A stretch of DNA of 64,000 nucleotides, from the IMG/VR virus record IMGVR_UViG_2855110455_000001, positions 3,344 through 67,343 of that record. One strand, given 5' to 3'. The stretch comes from a virus. Its lineage: Duplodnaviria > Caudoviricetes. A program made the position numbers and the translations under genes. Below are positions 9,682 through 18,795 of this stretch, one piece after another; within the stretch, counting starts at the first letter, position 1, and every line of letters begins with the position of its first letter. The notes under the pieces were generated by a model. That model was not told where the DNA came from. It did no database searches and saw only the letters and a program-made list of their open reading frames with translations.

Positions 9682-10299
9682 ATGAAATATACATTAATCG
9701 CTTTATCATTAGTTGCTGGAAATGCTTACGCGGAAGACTGGGAAATTGAGGGTGTTGTAGATAGTAATGGTGATATGGTATGCATAGACCCACAAGGCGT
9801 AAAAGAAGGAGATCGTGTCTTTTGCGATGGTGAGCTTCTATATATTCAAGGCGTTAAAAGTAGTGAGGTGAAAGGGGGCGGATCTACTACAATATATCTC
9901 AGTGGTGAGGATGTAAGGAGAGGTAACGAGACAAAGGGGGTTATGAATACCACGGCAAAGGCCCCCAGTGGTACTGTCTATGGGGGATCTACAACAAGAT
10001 ATCAGAGTATACATGCCTCTTATATATATAATTATGCTTCGGGCCCTAGAACTTTCACTTATAAAACAAGTCTCAGGATCGGTGCTAGAAGTACCTCAGA
10101 TGTCAAATACTATAGACTGAATAACCATAGTTTGTCCCTTAATAGTTTGCTTCATTTAGCTCCTGATACTTCTGCTACTGCTTATTTAACTACACAGGCT
10201 TCTACACTCGTCGAGGGTGATCAAGAGCAGTATGTAGTAGGTTATGGCTACATTGTAGTTGATGGAAGAGGGAGATCAGCATCCGAAGAATCCCATTAA
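9682..10299 (+). CDS. Secreted hypothetical protein (moron)
   Basis: Signal peptide MKYTLIALSLVAGNAYA-; AAGGA RBS; downstream hairpin 10441-10470. Confidence 0.75.
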   Translation: MKYTLIALSLVAGNAYAEDWEIEGVVDSNGDMVCIDPQGVKEGDRVFCDGELLYIQGVKSSEVKGGGSTTIYLSGEDVRRGNETKGVMNTTAKAPSGTVYGGSTTRYQSIHASYIYNYASGPRTFTYKTSLRIGARSTSDVKYYRLNNHSLSLNSLLHLAPDTSATAYLTTQASTLVEGDQEQYVVGYGYIVVDGRGRSASEESH

Positions 10300-10440
10300 A
10301 ATTGTGTCGTGATTAGAGTTAAGTTGAGGTCAAACAGGAAGGTTCATTTGCTTCTTTGCCAAATGAAGCGCATTACTTAATTATACTGAGCAAAATTTTT
10401 AGTTTTATACACTTTTAGTTCGTATAAATAGAATTATTGT

Positions 10441-10470
10441 TAAATGACCGTCCATAGTGGCGGTCATTTA
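10441..10470. terminator. Hairpin terminator
   Basis: taaatgaccgtc-catagt-ggcggtcattta. Confidence 0.65.
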
Positions 10471-10924
10471 GTATCTTACAAGGTACTTCATTTAGGAGCT
10501 ATTCATACTTTTTCTAATATTTACCCGTTTTGATAGAGCAAACCACCTAACAAACTTTTGTCCAACATCGAGCTAGTTTTCATGGCTAGCTCAAATTTGC
10601 TCCATATGGATTAGATTAAATACATTTCTTACTTTCTCGGCTTTTAAAAAAGTATTTGAAACAAAATAATGCAATCAAGCTCATTATACTTATGAATTAA
10701 ATTGATTATGATTGCTAGATTTTAGAAGTGTGCTTTTACGTGAGAGCAAGAATGCATATTAATACACTGTTAGGTTTTATTGAGCTTCATCTCGATCAAT
10801 ACATAAAATTTAATGAGCAAATCTGGTCTGGTTTTTAAGTTTGCTGTTCTAATAAATTGTGTGCACAAAAGATGTGCCTTTGCTGAAAGGTATCTTTCTT
10901 TAACGTCATTTTAATGGTGAGAAA

Positions 10925-12259
10925 ATGAGAACAAAATTTGAACTTTTAGTTTATAAGTCTAATGCTCAGGCATATGAAGATTTATTCGTGAACATCATGA
11001 AGCAAGCTGATTTAAACTTTAAACCCGTGAAACCTTATGGGAACATAGGTGATAGAGGAAATGATGGTTGGTGTTCTGAACGAGGTGTATATTATCAAGT
11101 ATATGCACCTGAAAGTCTTCCTTCAAATAGTAGTCAATCATTGAAAAAACTCCATGATGACTTTCAAAAATTGAAAAACTACTGGGATAGTATTTCGCCT
11201 CTCAAGGAATTCTATTTTGTTGTTAACGACAAATTTAATGGTGCACCTCCACATTTATATAATGCGGTAGCTCAGATAAAAAAAGACTATAACCTTTCAA
11301 AAGCGGAGGTCTTTCTTTCCCATCAACTAGAAAATAAGTTGTTTGATTTAAGTGATGATATTGTAGCTAGTATTGTGGGTGGTGCTTCGGTTGATAGTAA
11401 TATGAAATTTTATCAACATGTGGTGGATTCAATTACTAATAATATGTACTTAAGGTATTGGATAACTATCAGTGATAATTTATTTGCCAATTCAATTGAA
11501 AGTACAGTGATAGACGGTTTTAATCGCATAACTATGAATATGTTCAAGACGGTTATGCCTAATGTGAATCAAGAGTTAGAGTCTTCTATTACTGAACTCA
11601 TGAATAGAGCCCAACATTTAGTTGACCATTTTACTCAGTCACAGTATGCCAGTAATTTTGGTGAGTTTTGGAAAAGGGATATGAGTTGGAAAAAAACATG
11701 GATAGAAGACCAAGATGAATACCTTCGTGTATATGAACAATATGAGGATTGGCGTCGAGAGCTATTTGTTATACATCATAATTTAGTGCACGCTCTGAAC
11801 TTGTTCTCGGTTCAAGTTAGATCTTATGTTTACCCTAACTATTTTATGGGCCAGCAGTTTACAATTGTCGACTCAATGGGAACCTTAAACAACTTGCAAG
11901 GTTATGAAGCTATCCCAACTACATTTGATACTAATTTTGGACATATAGACAAATCCCGAGTTGATAGCATTTATGTTAGTGTTATTAACCTGATTAACTA
12001 TATCGAGTATCAAAAGAAAAACGCACCTAATCAGTTTATTTCAGCTACTAAGGTTAGTCTTCGGATACAAGATTGTGATTCCCAATTAGTGGCGGCTCTG
12101 AACGAAAAGGGTAGAGTTAATTTTATGGGGGGGGCGGCTTTTATCGATCTCGACGAGCTTTCACATTTGAGAATGACTGAGAAATCCTATTTGGCAGAGC
12201 GAATTTCGACAATACTATCAAAAACCTTCAAAGTATCATGCTCAGCATATTACGAATAA
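10925..12259 (+). CDS. Restriction-endonuclease-like (PD-(D/E)xK) protein resembling ABC-three-component/Lamassu LmuA N-terminal effector
   Basis: YEDLF..F.PVKPYG..GDRGNDG..YYQVYAP..KLHDDF..FYFVVNDK. Confidence 0.65.
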   Translation: MRTKFELLVYKSNAQAYEDLFVNIMKQADLNFKPVKPYGNIGDRGNDGWCSERGVYYQVYAPESLPSNSSQSLKKLHDDFQKLKNYWDSISPLKEFYFVVNDKFNGAPPHLYNAVAQIKKDYNLSKAEVFLSHQLENKLFDLSDDIVASIVGGASVDSNMKFYQHVVDSITNNMYLRYWITISDNLFANSIESTVIDGFNRITMNMFKTVMPNVNQELESSITELMNRAQHLVDHFTQSQYASNFGEFWKRDMSWKKTWIEDQDEYLRVYEQYEDWRRELFVIHHNLVHALNLFSVQVRSYVYPNYFMGQQFTIVDSMGTLNNLQGYEAIPTTFDTNFGHIDKSRVDSIYVSVINLINYIEYQKKNAPNQFISATKVSLRIQDCDSQLVAALNEKGRVNFMGGAAFIDLDELSHLRMTEKSYLAERISTILSKTFKVSCSAYYE

Positions 12260-12321
12260 GCGAAAGTCGTAGGAGAAAAGATATCAATTATTTGTCTTTT
12301 AAATCATGCGATTGTAGTAAA

Positions 12322-12397
12322 ATCTAACAATTTGTTTAAGAGTGATTCGCAACGCTTGGCATTTTTACTATGCGTTGCATTTTGTGATTTAGGTTAG
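12322..12397 (+). repeat. Truncated Vibrio superintegron-type attC (VXR) left half
   Basis: RYYYAAC (ATCTAAC) then aatttgtttaagagtgattcgcaacgcttggcatttttactatgcgttg; right arm missing. Confidence 0.65.
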
Positions 12398-12422
12398 TTC
12401 TTGGTCTGTTTCCTTTCTTCTT

Positions 12423-12614
12423 GGGTGTGTATAACTTCAATTCTAAAATTGTCGTTTTAGCGCATCTTTCTGGTATAGCTCGAGTTGTTATGACGTTCTT
12501 GATGGATGAGTGTCATTTGAGTGGTTAGCAGGGGAGAAAGAGCAATATATTTTTGCGATATTGTACGCAATATTAATGCGAAGGATTAGAGATAACATTC
12601 TAATTATCCAATAG
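12423..12614 (+). pseudogene. Decayed DUF1364/YbcO-family nuclease remnant
   Basis: Aligns piecewise to 62,657-62,896 with deletions and stops. Confidence 0.7.
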
Positions 12615-12698
12615 TTATCACAAAACATGATAGTTAAGATGTCACCTATGTTAATGATTGTTTAAATGTAACTGTTATTTAACAGTGTTGGTGGGTTT

Positions 12699-12812
12699 AT
12701 GTGGTGGCTATTTTTAATAAAGTTTAAAGATTGTTGTGGTGATGAGTATATAGAAAATGAAGCTGGTGATATCCAAATTTATAGTTGCGGTTTTTGTGTG
12801 CTTTTTGCATAA
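12699..12812 (+). CDS. 37-aa Cys-rich small protein
   Basis: MWWLFLIKFKDCCGDEYIENEAGDIQIYSCGFCVLFA*; GGTGGG RBS; homolog at 62,980-63,093. Confidence 0.6.
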   Translation: MWWLFLIKFKDCCGDEYIENEAGDIQIYSCGFCVLFA

Positions 12813-13351
12813 GGTAATGTTTCTTTAAATAACAAAACTCCTATTACTCTATAAGTAAATAAGGAGATATTGGTTCATCGTTATGTGTAATTTTATGTTT
12901 GTTATTGATTCTCATTTTGATTTCCGTTCCATATCGATATATATCCCACTACATATCGATGCTTGGTATGTTTAAATATAATCTTCCTTTGTTGGAATCC
13001 TATTTAGCTTATTTAAGCAACCACTCTATATTTTTAGCAACTCCCCCATATTGAGTGGTTTTTTTTTGTCTTTTGGTAAGCATACAGACTAATATTTTAA
13101 TGTTCTGTAGGTAAAGATGAGAGGGGGTAGCAGACGTTAAATAATAACTTTAAGGATTTAATAACTAGATTGCGTGGTTATCAGTGTTGATTGTCTTGTG
13201 AGGAGATAGCTGATTATTATAGTTAAGTAGCTGTTATTGAATCATAAGGATTATCAAGCTATATATATTTAACTTAATAATACTAAAAATCACTTCAATA
13301 ACAGCTGTCGTATTTTCCTGATTATATAAATACTAACGAGTAGTTACCTAT

Positions 13352-15130
13352 TTAAATGAGAGCACTTAAACTTCCGGCTACTGTACTAAAAGCCATATCT
13401 GGTGAAAGTTCTTTTAATGATTTAATAGAAATGACTTTAATATGGCTATTATCATCCGATGGACTGAGTACTTTAAATCCATTTTTATTATGAGTATAGA
13501 GGTAAAGTCGACCTGACTTTTCTTTCCATTTCCACACCACGTTGTTGTTATTTGATGACTCTGAGCACTCGGATACTAATAATTTATCTCCTTGTGTTGT
13601 GAGGCATTTATTCTTATTTCTTGCATATATGTATTCATAGTTATCAGGCATATAGAAGAAATATTGATCTTTATTACCATTTTGGCAAACGTTTGGACGC
13701 ACAATATTATTATCTGTAACAGTTAAGCAGTGACCTTTTAGATCAGAGCTCTTCACGGATCTTAACATAACTGGCTGGGTTCCCAAGAATACAGGACTAT
13801 CCCAATTAATCGTTAATGTTGTTTCCATGTTGTATTTATTAAGGTTAAAAGGTTTTTTCCCAGGGTTATAGGCAGGTAGTGAACCATTATGCCATCTTTG
13901 CCCTATGTACCATTTGTAGTATCCGAGGATATTTAATCCTTGAATAGCAGCCTTAATCGATAAATTAGATGTTTTTTCGTTGCTGTAAGGACTTGAATAT
14001 GTAACTGAAAATTTTGGAACAAATTCATTTGAGTATGGGGTTCCTTTAAGTTTTTCAAAGTTGAATGGATTGCTGTCTTTCCTCGAAGCCCAATTCCAAC
14101 AATAGCTATTGGCATAGTTTGTCATTAATCGACAGTAGCCTTCTTCTGCATGAATGTCGGAACCATACCATCTATTCTTGTAGTTGATATTGAATGTATT
14201 CATATTATTATTGACATCAAAATCCATATATTTACCATTGTCATAAGTCATAGTTTGTGTGTTTTTATAACTAATTGACTCAACGGGAAGGTGTGGTATG
14301 TTCAGGCCAACATCTATTTCTACGGTCGATTCTTTTGTGAAGCTTGAATTATCTTTATCTGAATTTGTTGGGATATGATCATAAAGTTCTATCCCATCAC
14401 CATCTAGTTTGGTTGTAATTGATACTTGATCTAAATAATCTGGGTATGAATAATATCGATATTGGTATTCCGCCCAAGTGGGAACAACCCAGTTTTTCTC
14501 CTGACCTTCTATAGAGTTGAACGTGATACCGGGGCTCTTATCAAGACTGACTCGGACAAATTTCTTATTATCTAAGAAGTGCTCTTCATTTTTAAAAAAT
14601 GGATATCTAGAGAAAAACTCTAATTTATACTCAAAGGTGGCTTTTTGTGTGTGATTAAAAGATATCGTTTTATCTAAATAGACCTCTTCTCTGATTATTT
14701 TTGTAGCGATAGCGTTCCGCGGATTTCTCGACTCCCTTTTAGTTAAAGAATAAGGTGTTGGTCGATTAATTTCATCGATAATTGATTTTGATGAGAATTT
14801 ATCATAGGTAGTAATTATACTATTATGATTACTTTGTGGGTTTTTTATTAATACATAGGGCTTATTAAATCCTATCCCAATTAAGTTTGAAGTATAAGTT
14901 TTTCGTTGTGATTCATTTAATTTGCTAAGGTCAATAAAAAAGTAAGTAGTACATTCAGAAGGTATATTGATTAGCTCTTTTTTTTCAAATGAGGTGTAAC
15001 ATTGTTCATTGTAGAAGTTTGTACCAGAAAGTTCTGATTGAATATATTCTGGAGTTATAGTTTCTGCATAGGCACTATTTTGATTATATAAAATAATAAT
15101 TCCAATGCTGACGATGGTTTTTATTTTCAT
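13352..15130 (-). CDS. Beta-pore-forming cytolysin, VCC/HlyA-VvhA-phobalysin family (leukocidin-type core + C-terminal ricin-B lectin)
   Basis: Signal peptide; KKFVRVSLD, NEFVPKFSVTY, TINWDSPVFLGTQPV core motifs; CLT..C..Q and KCL..C beta-trefoil repeats. Confidence 0.85.
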   Translation of the reverse strand: MKIKTIVSIGIIILYNQNSAYAETITPEYIQSELSGTNFYNEQCYTSFEKKELINIPSECTTYFFIDLSKLNESQRKTYTSNLIGIGFNKPYVLIKNPQSNHNSIITTYDKFSSKSIIDEINRPTPYSLTKRESRNPRNAIATKIIREEVYLDKTISFNHTQKATFEYKLEFFSRYPFFKNEEHFLDNKKFVRVSLDKSPGITFNSIEGQEKNWVVPTWAEYQYRYYSYPDYLDQVSITTKLDGDGIELYDHIPTNSDKDNSSFTKESTVEIDVGLNIPHLPVESISYKNTQTMTYDNGKYMDFDVNNNMNTFNINYKNRWYGSDIHAEEGYCRLMTNYANSYCWNWASRKDSNPFNFEKLKGTPYSNEFVPKFSVTYSSPYSNEKTSNLSIKAAIQGLNILGYYKWYIGQRWHNGSLPAYNPGKKPFNLNKYNMETTLTINWDSPVFLGTQPVMLRSVKSSDLKGHCLTVTDNNIVRPNVCQNGNKDQYFFYMPDNYEYIYARNKNKCLTTQGDKLLVSECSESSNNNNVVWKWKEKSGRLYLYTHNKNGFKVLSPSDDNSHIKVISIKSLKELSPDMAFSTVAGSLSALI

Positions 15131-15629
15131 TAATTATTTATCCTTTTTATCTGTTTTTTGTAATGTATTGGTATTAATACATTTGTGGTGTTATAAGTTG
15201 GGGTTTTTATGTGCAACAAAAGGTAGGTTAGTGTTAATTTTAATTAAGTGTTAATTTTTATTTTTGATTAATTGGAGCGTTAATTGAATTTTTAATTGTA
15301 ATTTAATGTTATAACCACTTCTTGAAAATAGAGTAATCCTTCTATATTCAATAGCCTAAATTAAAGTTGTTTTTTAACTAATGCGCATTATTACGATAAA
15401 ATTAAAATGTTATTTTATGTGAGCTGTGACATAAAAATTATGTAACAAATTGGAAGAGAGATTAAGAAAACACAGAGAATACCTAAAAGATATGTATTGG
15501 CGAGCATGTATCGGCTTTGTGTATGGTTTAATGGGTTGGCTTAATTATCTATATCAATTTTATGGGTTATTTAGCTAATTACTTTATGTTTATTATAACT
15601 TTGTAGTTCAACATGAATTAGAGGTTTTT

Positions 15630-16025
15630 GTGTTATTGATGATTGCTTTAATGTATTTGTTTTTTATTGCAGGACTGAGTTTTCTTCTAAGGAAAATACT
15701 TTATGTTATAAGTGTAAAAGGTTCATTTTGGGATACTGTATGGATACTTATTCCATATGGTTTTTTTTTAGCGTGGGTTGGTCATGAACTTCATATGGGA
15801 GAAGTCACTTTTTTGATAATATTTTTATCTTCTTTGATTGTTCTTTATTCTTGGATGAAACAATTTAAGATGGAAAAAAATATGCTAGAAACGATAGGAT
15901 ATAATGCCCATAGAGCTCGATATATAGCGAGGTTCAATTTTAGGTTACTTCGTGTTTATATTTGTGGGTTATTTTTATATATATGTTCATTTGTCGGTGG
16001 GTTTTTATTTATGTCTAGTGCTTAA
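15630..16025 (+). CDS. Small multi-pass membrane protein (moron)
   Basis: About 4 hydrophobic segments, GAGG RBS, GTG start. Confidence 0.7.
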   Translation: MLLMIALMYLFFIAGLSFLLRKILYVISVKGSFWDTVWILIPYGFFLAWVGHELHMGEVTFLIIFLSSLIVLYSWMKQFKMEKNMLETIGYNAHRARYIARFNFRLLRVYICGLFLYICSFVGGFLFMSSA

Positions 16026-16108
16026 TGATGAAAGTGAATCTATCTAATATAACTTTTAATGTTCACTATTGACCTCATGGTTGTCTCGTCTCTCTGAAAT
16101 TGGGTATC

Positions 16109-16192
16109 AGGGGTAATATGTTCTTCAGTAGGGGTAATATGTTCTTCAGTAGGGGTAATATGTTCTTCAGTAGGGGTAATATGTTCTTCAGT
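16109..16192. repeat. Perfect 21-bp tandem repeat x4 upstream of Q
   Basis: aggggtaatatgttcttcagt x4; single copy at 63,648-63,668. Confidence 0.97.
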
Positions 16193-16230
16193 AGAAGCTA
16201 TCGTGATTATTACTGAATACATGAGGCATT

Positions 16231-17028
16231 ATGAGCAGAGCAATTGAGTTATTCGCAAGAATGCATGAAGTACGCAGTGTGACGGCAGACGAACGCGGTC
16301 GCCAAACATTAACTGGCGACGTTATCTTAGCTGTGTTTGGTAAGGTTCAACATAAGATGCCATTGGGAATGGATTTGTTGATGGCCAAGTATGTTCACGA
16401 TGCACCTGCTGCAAATCGTATCATTGATGTTATGGCTACATGGCTGAATGATGAGTCGCTAAAGCGTAAAGACTTAGCGATAGCATTAAGCTGTGTAGCC
16501 TTTGATGTATTTTGCGATAAACCGGTAGCCAGTCAAAAGCGACAACTAGCTGCGTTATGGAGAAAGTATAGTGACCAAGCTAAACGTAGCAATCGGCTCA
16601 TTAAGGGATGGCAGGTAAAGATTAAGCAGTTACAGCCTAATATTGATAGTTGCGAGACTCAAACTGCAGAAGAACGACTATTGTCTGCTATCTATGAGCT
16701 TGAAGCACTAATCATCAAAGAGCGCCGTCGTATTGATGAATACGCACAAAGTCAGTCCCTAAAATCCTCCACCTGTCCTCGATGTAATGGTACCGGTTCA
16801 ATACTAAATACTGGGGAATGTCCTTCATGCAATGGTCGCGGTTTGTTTGTACCCAGCGTTGATAATATTCGCCAACACCTGCGCCATATTGGATTAGGGC
16901 GGGTTAGTGACAAACTGTGGGAGAGAGAGCTGAAGCCATGGTTTGAGAAGTGCTTGGGTAAGTTGTATGTAGAGTCTAGCAGCGTAGTCAGTCTACTCTC
17001 TGATGAGTTACACAAAGAGCAAGCCTAA
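16231..17028 (+). CDS. Q-like late antiterminator with zinc finger
   Basis: CPRCNGTG..CPSCNGRG; lies just upstream of promoter/terminator and lysis genes. Confidence 0.8.
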   Translation: MSRAIELFARMHEVRSVTADERGRQTLTGDVILAVFGKVQHKMPLGMDLLMAKYVHDAPAANRIIDVMATWLNDESLKRKDLAIALSCVAFDVFCDKPVASQKRQLAALWRKYSDQAKRSNRLIKGWQVKIKQLQPNIDSCETQTAEERLLSAIYELEALIIKERRRIDEYAQSQSLKSSTCPRCNGTGSILNTGECPSCNGRGLFVPSVDNIRQHLRHIGLGRVSDKLWERELKPWFEKCLGKLYVESSSVVSLLSDELHKEQA

Positions 17029-17124
17029 AAACCATCTTCGGTTATTTGCAAATACGTCAACTAACTTTGTTCGGTATATTGAAGTTCTGTCAACTAAATC
17101 TAACTAATAATAAACGGAATTTCA

Positions 17125-17201
17125 GTCGTCTTGACCCCGCCATAAACTAAGGTAATCTATACCAATCATGCTAAACCTCGACCTCTCGTCGGGGTTTTTT
17201 T
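17125..17201 (+). promoter_or_regulatory. pR'-like late promoter + tR'-like terminator
   Basis: TTGACC-16-TAATCT, then aaacctcgac-ctctc-gtcggggttttttt. Confidence 0.7.
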
Positions 17202-17219
17202 ATGCCTGGAGAAAATGAC

Positions 17220-17465
17220 ATGCTTGATAGAGCAACACTCGCAATTACTGCTGGAACTGGTGTTGGTGTAGGGATTGGTGCGACTAAATCAGCAGAAAAT
17301 GCGCAGTCGATGTTAAACAGCAGCTTTGAGCAAATTCTTAGTGGTCACTTTACATGGTATGGCAGTGACATAATTACTGTTGTAGGTATTGGATTATCTA
17401 TTGTCGGTATTGCTGTCACTGTCTATCGCATCAAATTAGAGCGGCGGCGTAAATATGCGTTTTAA
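17220..17465 (+). CDS. Holin
   Basis: Small protein with TM segments and basic C-terminus, directly before lysozyme. Confidence 0.7.
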   Translation: MLDRATLAITAGTGVGVGIGATKSAENAQSMLNSSFEQILSGHFTWYGSDIITVVGIGLSIVGIAVTVYRIKLERRRKYAF

Positions 17466-18003
17466 TAAACTCACTGGTGCGCTATTAGCTGGAGCTATAG
17501 CGGTTACGGGAGCGTTTGAAGGATACCGTCAAATATCATATCAAGATGTAGGCGGAGTTTGGACAGCGTGCTATGGAGAAACATTAGGTATTAAACAAGG
17601 AGACAGATTTACTAAAGCGCAATGTGAAGCAATGCTCGCGTCATCGTTGAACAAGCACAACACACCTTTAGAAAATATCCCTCAGCAACTGCCACCTAAT
17701 GTCCACTTAGCTTCTCTCGATTTAGCCTACAACATTGGTACTGGTGCCTTTAAGCGTTCAACAATGTATCGATACCTACTGAATGCAGATTATCCACCGG
17801 CCTGTAATGAAATCACAAAGTGGCGATTTGTAGCAGGTAAGGACTGCGCTATTCGTCGTAATCGCTGCTACGGGATAGTGAAAAGGCGCAATGTGGTTCA
17901 GCAGCTGTGTATGGGAAGTATCAATATCAATGAAGCGTTAGTACAGATAGGTCAAATGCCATTAGATAAGGAAATTGTGGAGGCCATGAATGCTACTCAA
18001 TAG
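17455..18003 (+). CDS. Endolysin, GH24 lysozyme (SAR-type N-terminus)
   Basis: FEG..YQDVGGVWTACYGET (E-x8-D-x5-T triad), YNIG. Confidence 0.93.
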   Translation: MRFNKLTGALLAGAIAVTGAFEGYRQISYQDVGGVWTACYGETLGIKQGDRFTKAQCEAMLASSLNKHNTPLENIPQQLPPNVHLASLDLAYNIGTGAFKRSTMYRYLLNADYPPACNEITKWRFVAGKDCAIRRNRCYGIVKRRNVVQQLCMGSININEALVQIGQMPLDKEIVEAMNATQ

Positions 18004-18355
18004 AGTAAAGACAGCAATGATTGTGGTCCTTATTGCTATTTGTGGCGCCATGGTATTTAAAATCAAACTACTAATCACCTCTGTTGAGGGAGCAAAACAG
18101 GAAGTGGTCACATTATCACTGCAGTTAAGTACTGTTGAATCCATCAAGGATAGCCAATCAAAACAAATTGCGCAGTTAGTCCAAGAGCGCAAAACATTAT
18201 CAGGTCTGTTAAGCGCAAGAACGGAGAGCCTACACCGTGATAAAGCAAAGCTCAGTGCCGATATCCAAACACTTAAGAAAGCACTATCAACCAATACCTG
18301 TTTTGATACTCGCTACCCTAAGTCTGTTATTAAGCGGTTGCACCAGTCCTACTAG
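17990..18355 (+). CDS. i-spanin (Rz-like)
   Basis: N-terminal TM + coiled coil + C-terminal Cys after endolysin. Confidence 0.8.
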   Translation: MLLNRVKTAMIVVLIAICGAMVFKIKLLITSVEGAKQEVVTLSLQLSTVESIKDSQSKQIAQLVQERKTLSGLLSARTESLHRDKAKLSADIQTLKKALSTNTCFDTRYPKSVIKRLHQSY

Positions 18356-18548
18356 AGTCATCACTAAAACCGAAACATTGTATGTCTTACCACCAATAGG
18401 GTTAGTTGTTCCATGCTACAAACCCACACTGACAGCAACAACACCTTCTGAATTACCCATCGATACACTCAAGTTAAAGTCTGCATTGCGAGAGTGTGCG
18501 CAATATGTCGATGACTATCTTAATTGGCGAAAGCTCCAAGACGAATAG
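18237..18548 (+). CDS. o-spanin (Rz1-like lipoprotein; true start probably downstream)
   Basis: Lipobox LLLSGC, Pro-rich, overlaps Rz. Confidence 0.75.
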   Translation: MIKQSSVPISKHLRKHYQPIPVLILATLSLLLSGCTSPTRVITKTETLYVLPPIGLVVPCYKPTLTATTPSELPIDTLKLKSALRECAQYVDDYLNWRKLQDE

Positions 18549-18613
18549 ACATTACAAATGGCCTTTATGAGAGCCATTGATAATGTTCCCTCCAATTATC
18601 TATCGAGTGCCTT

Positions 18614-18787
18614 ATGACAATAGAAAATGAAACCGGACGCATTATTGAGGTCATCGATATATGCGGCAAAGTCGTGTGCGTCATGTTAGCTAATGGCGCT
18701 GAGATAGATATTGCTACAACTCATGAGGTCAAAGTGGGTGATTGGGTAGTGGAGGGAGAGTTAAGCCAAGAGTTAGCAAGCAAGTAG
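18614..18787 (+). CDS. Small hypothetical protein (57 aa)
   Basis: MTIENETGRIIEVIDIC..ELASK*; ends 8 bp before terS. Confidence 0.55.
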   Translation: MTIENETGRIIEVIDICGKVVCVMLANGAEIDIATTHEVKVGDWVVEGELSQELASK

Positions 18788-18795
18788 ATAACTAT

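Noticed and set aside
16109-16192. CRISPR array
   Set aside because: Repeats are contiguous with no spacers and there are no cas genes; it is a tandem repeat
16040-16222. Minus-strand ORF with TEEHITP x4
   Set aside because: Likely a by-product of the 21-bp repeat; no clear RBS and the 3' end differs in prophage 2
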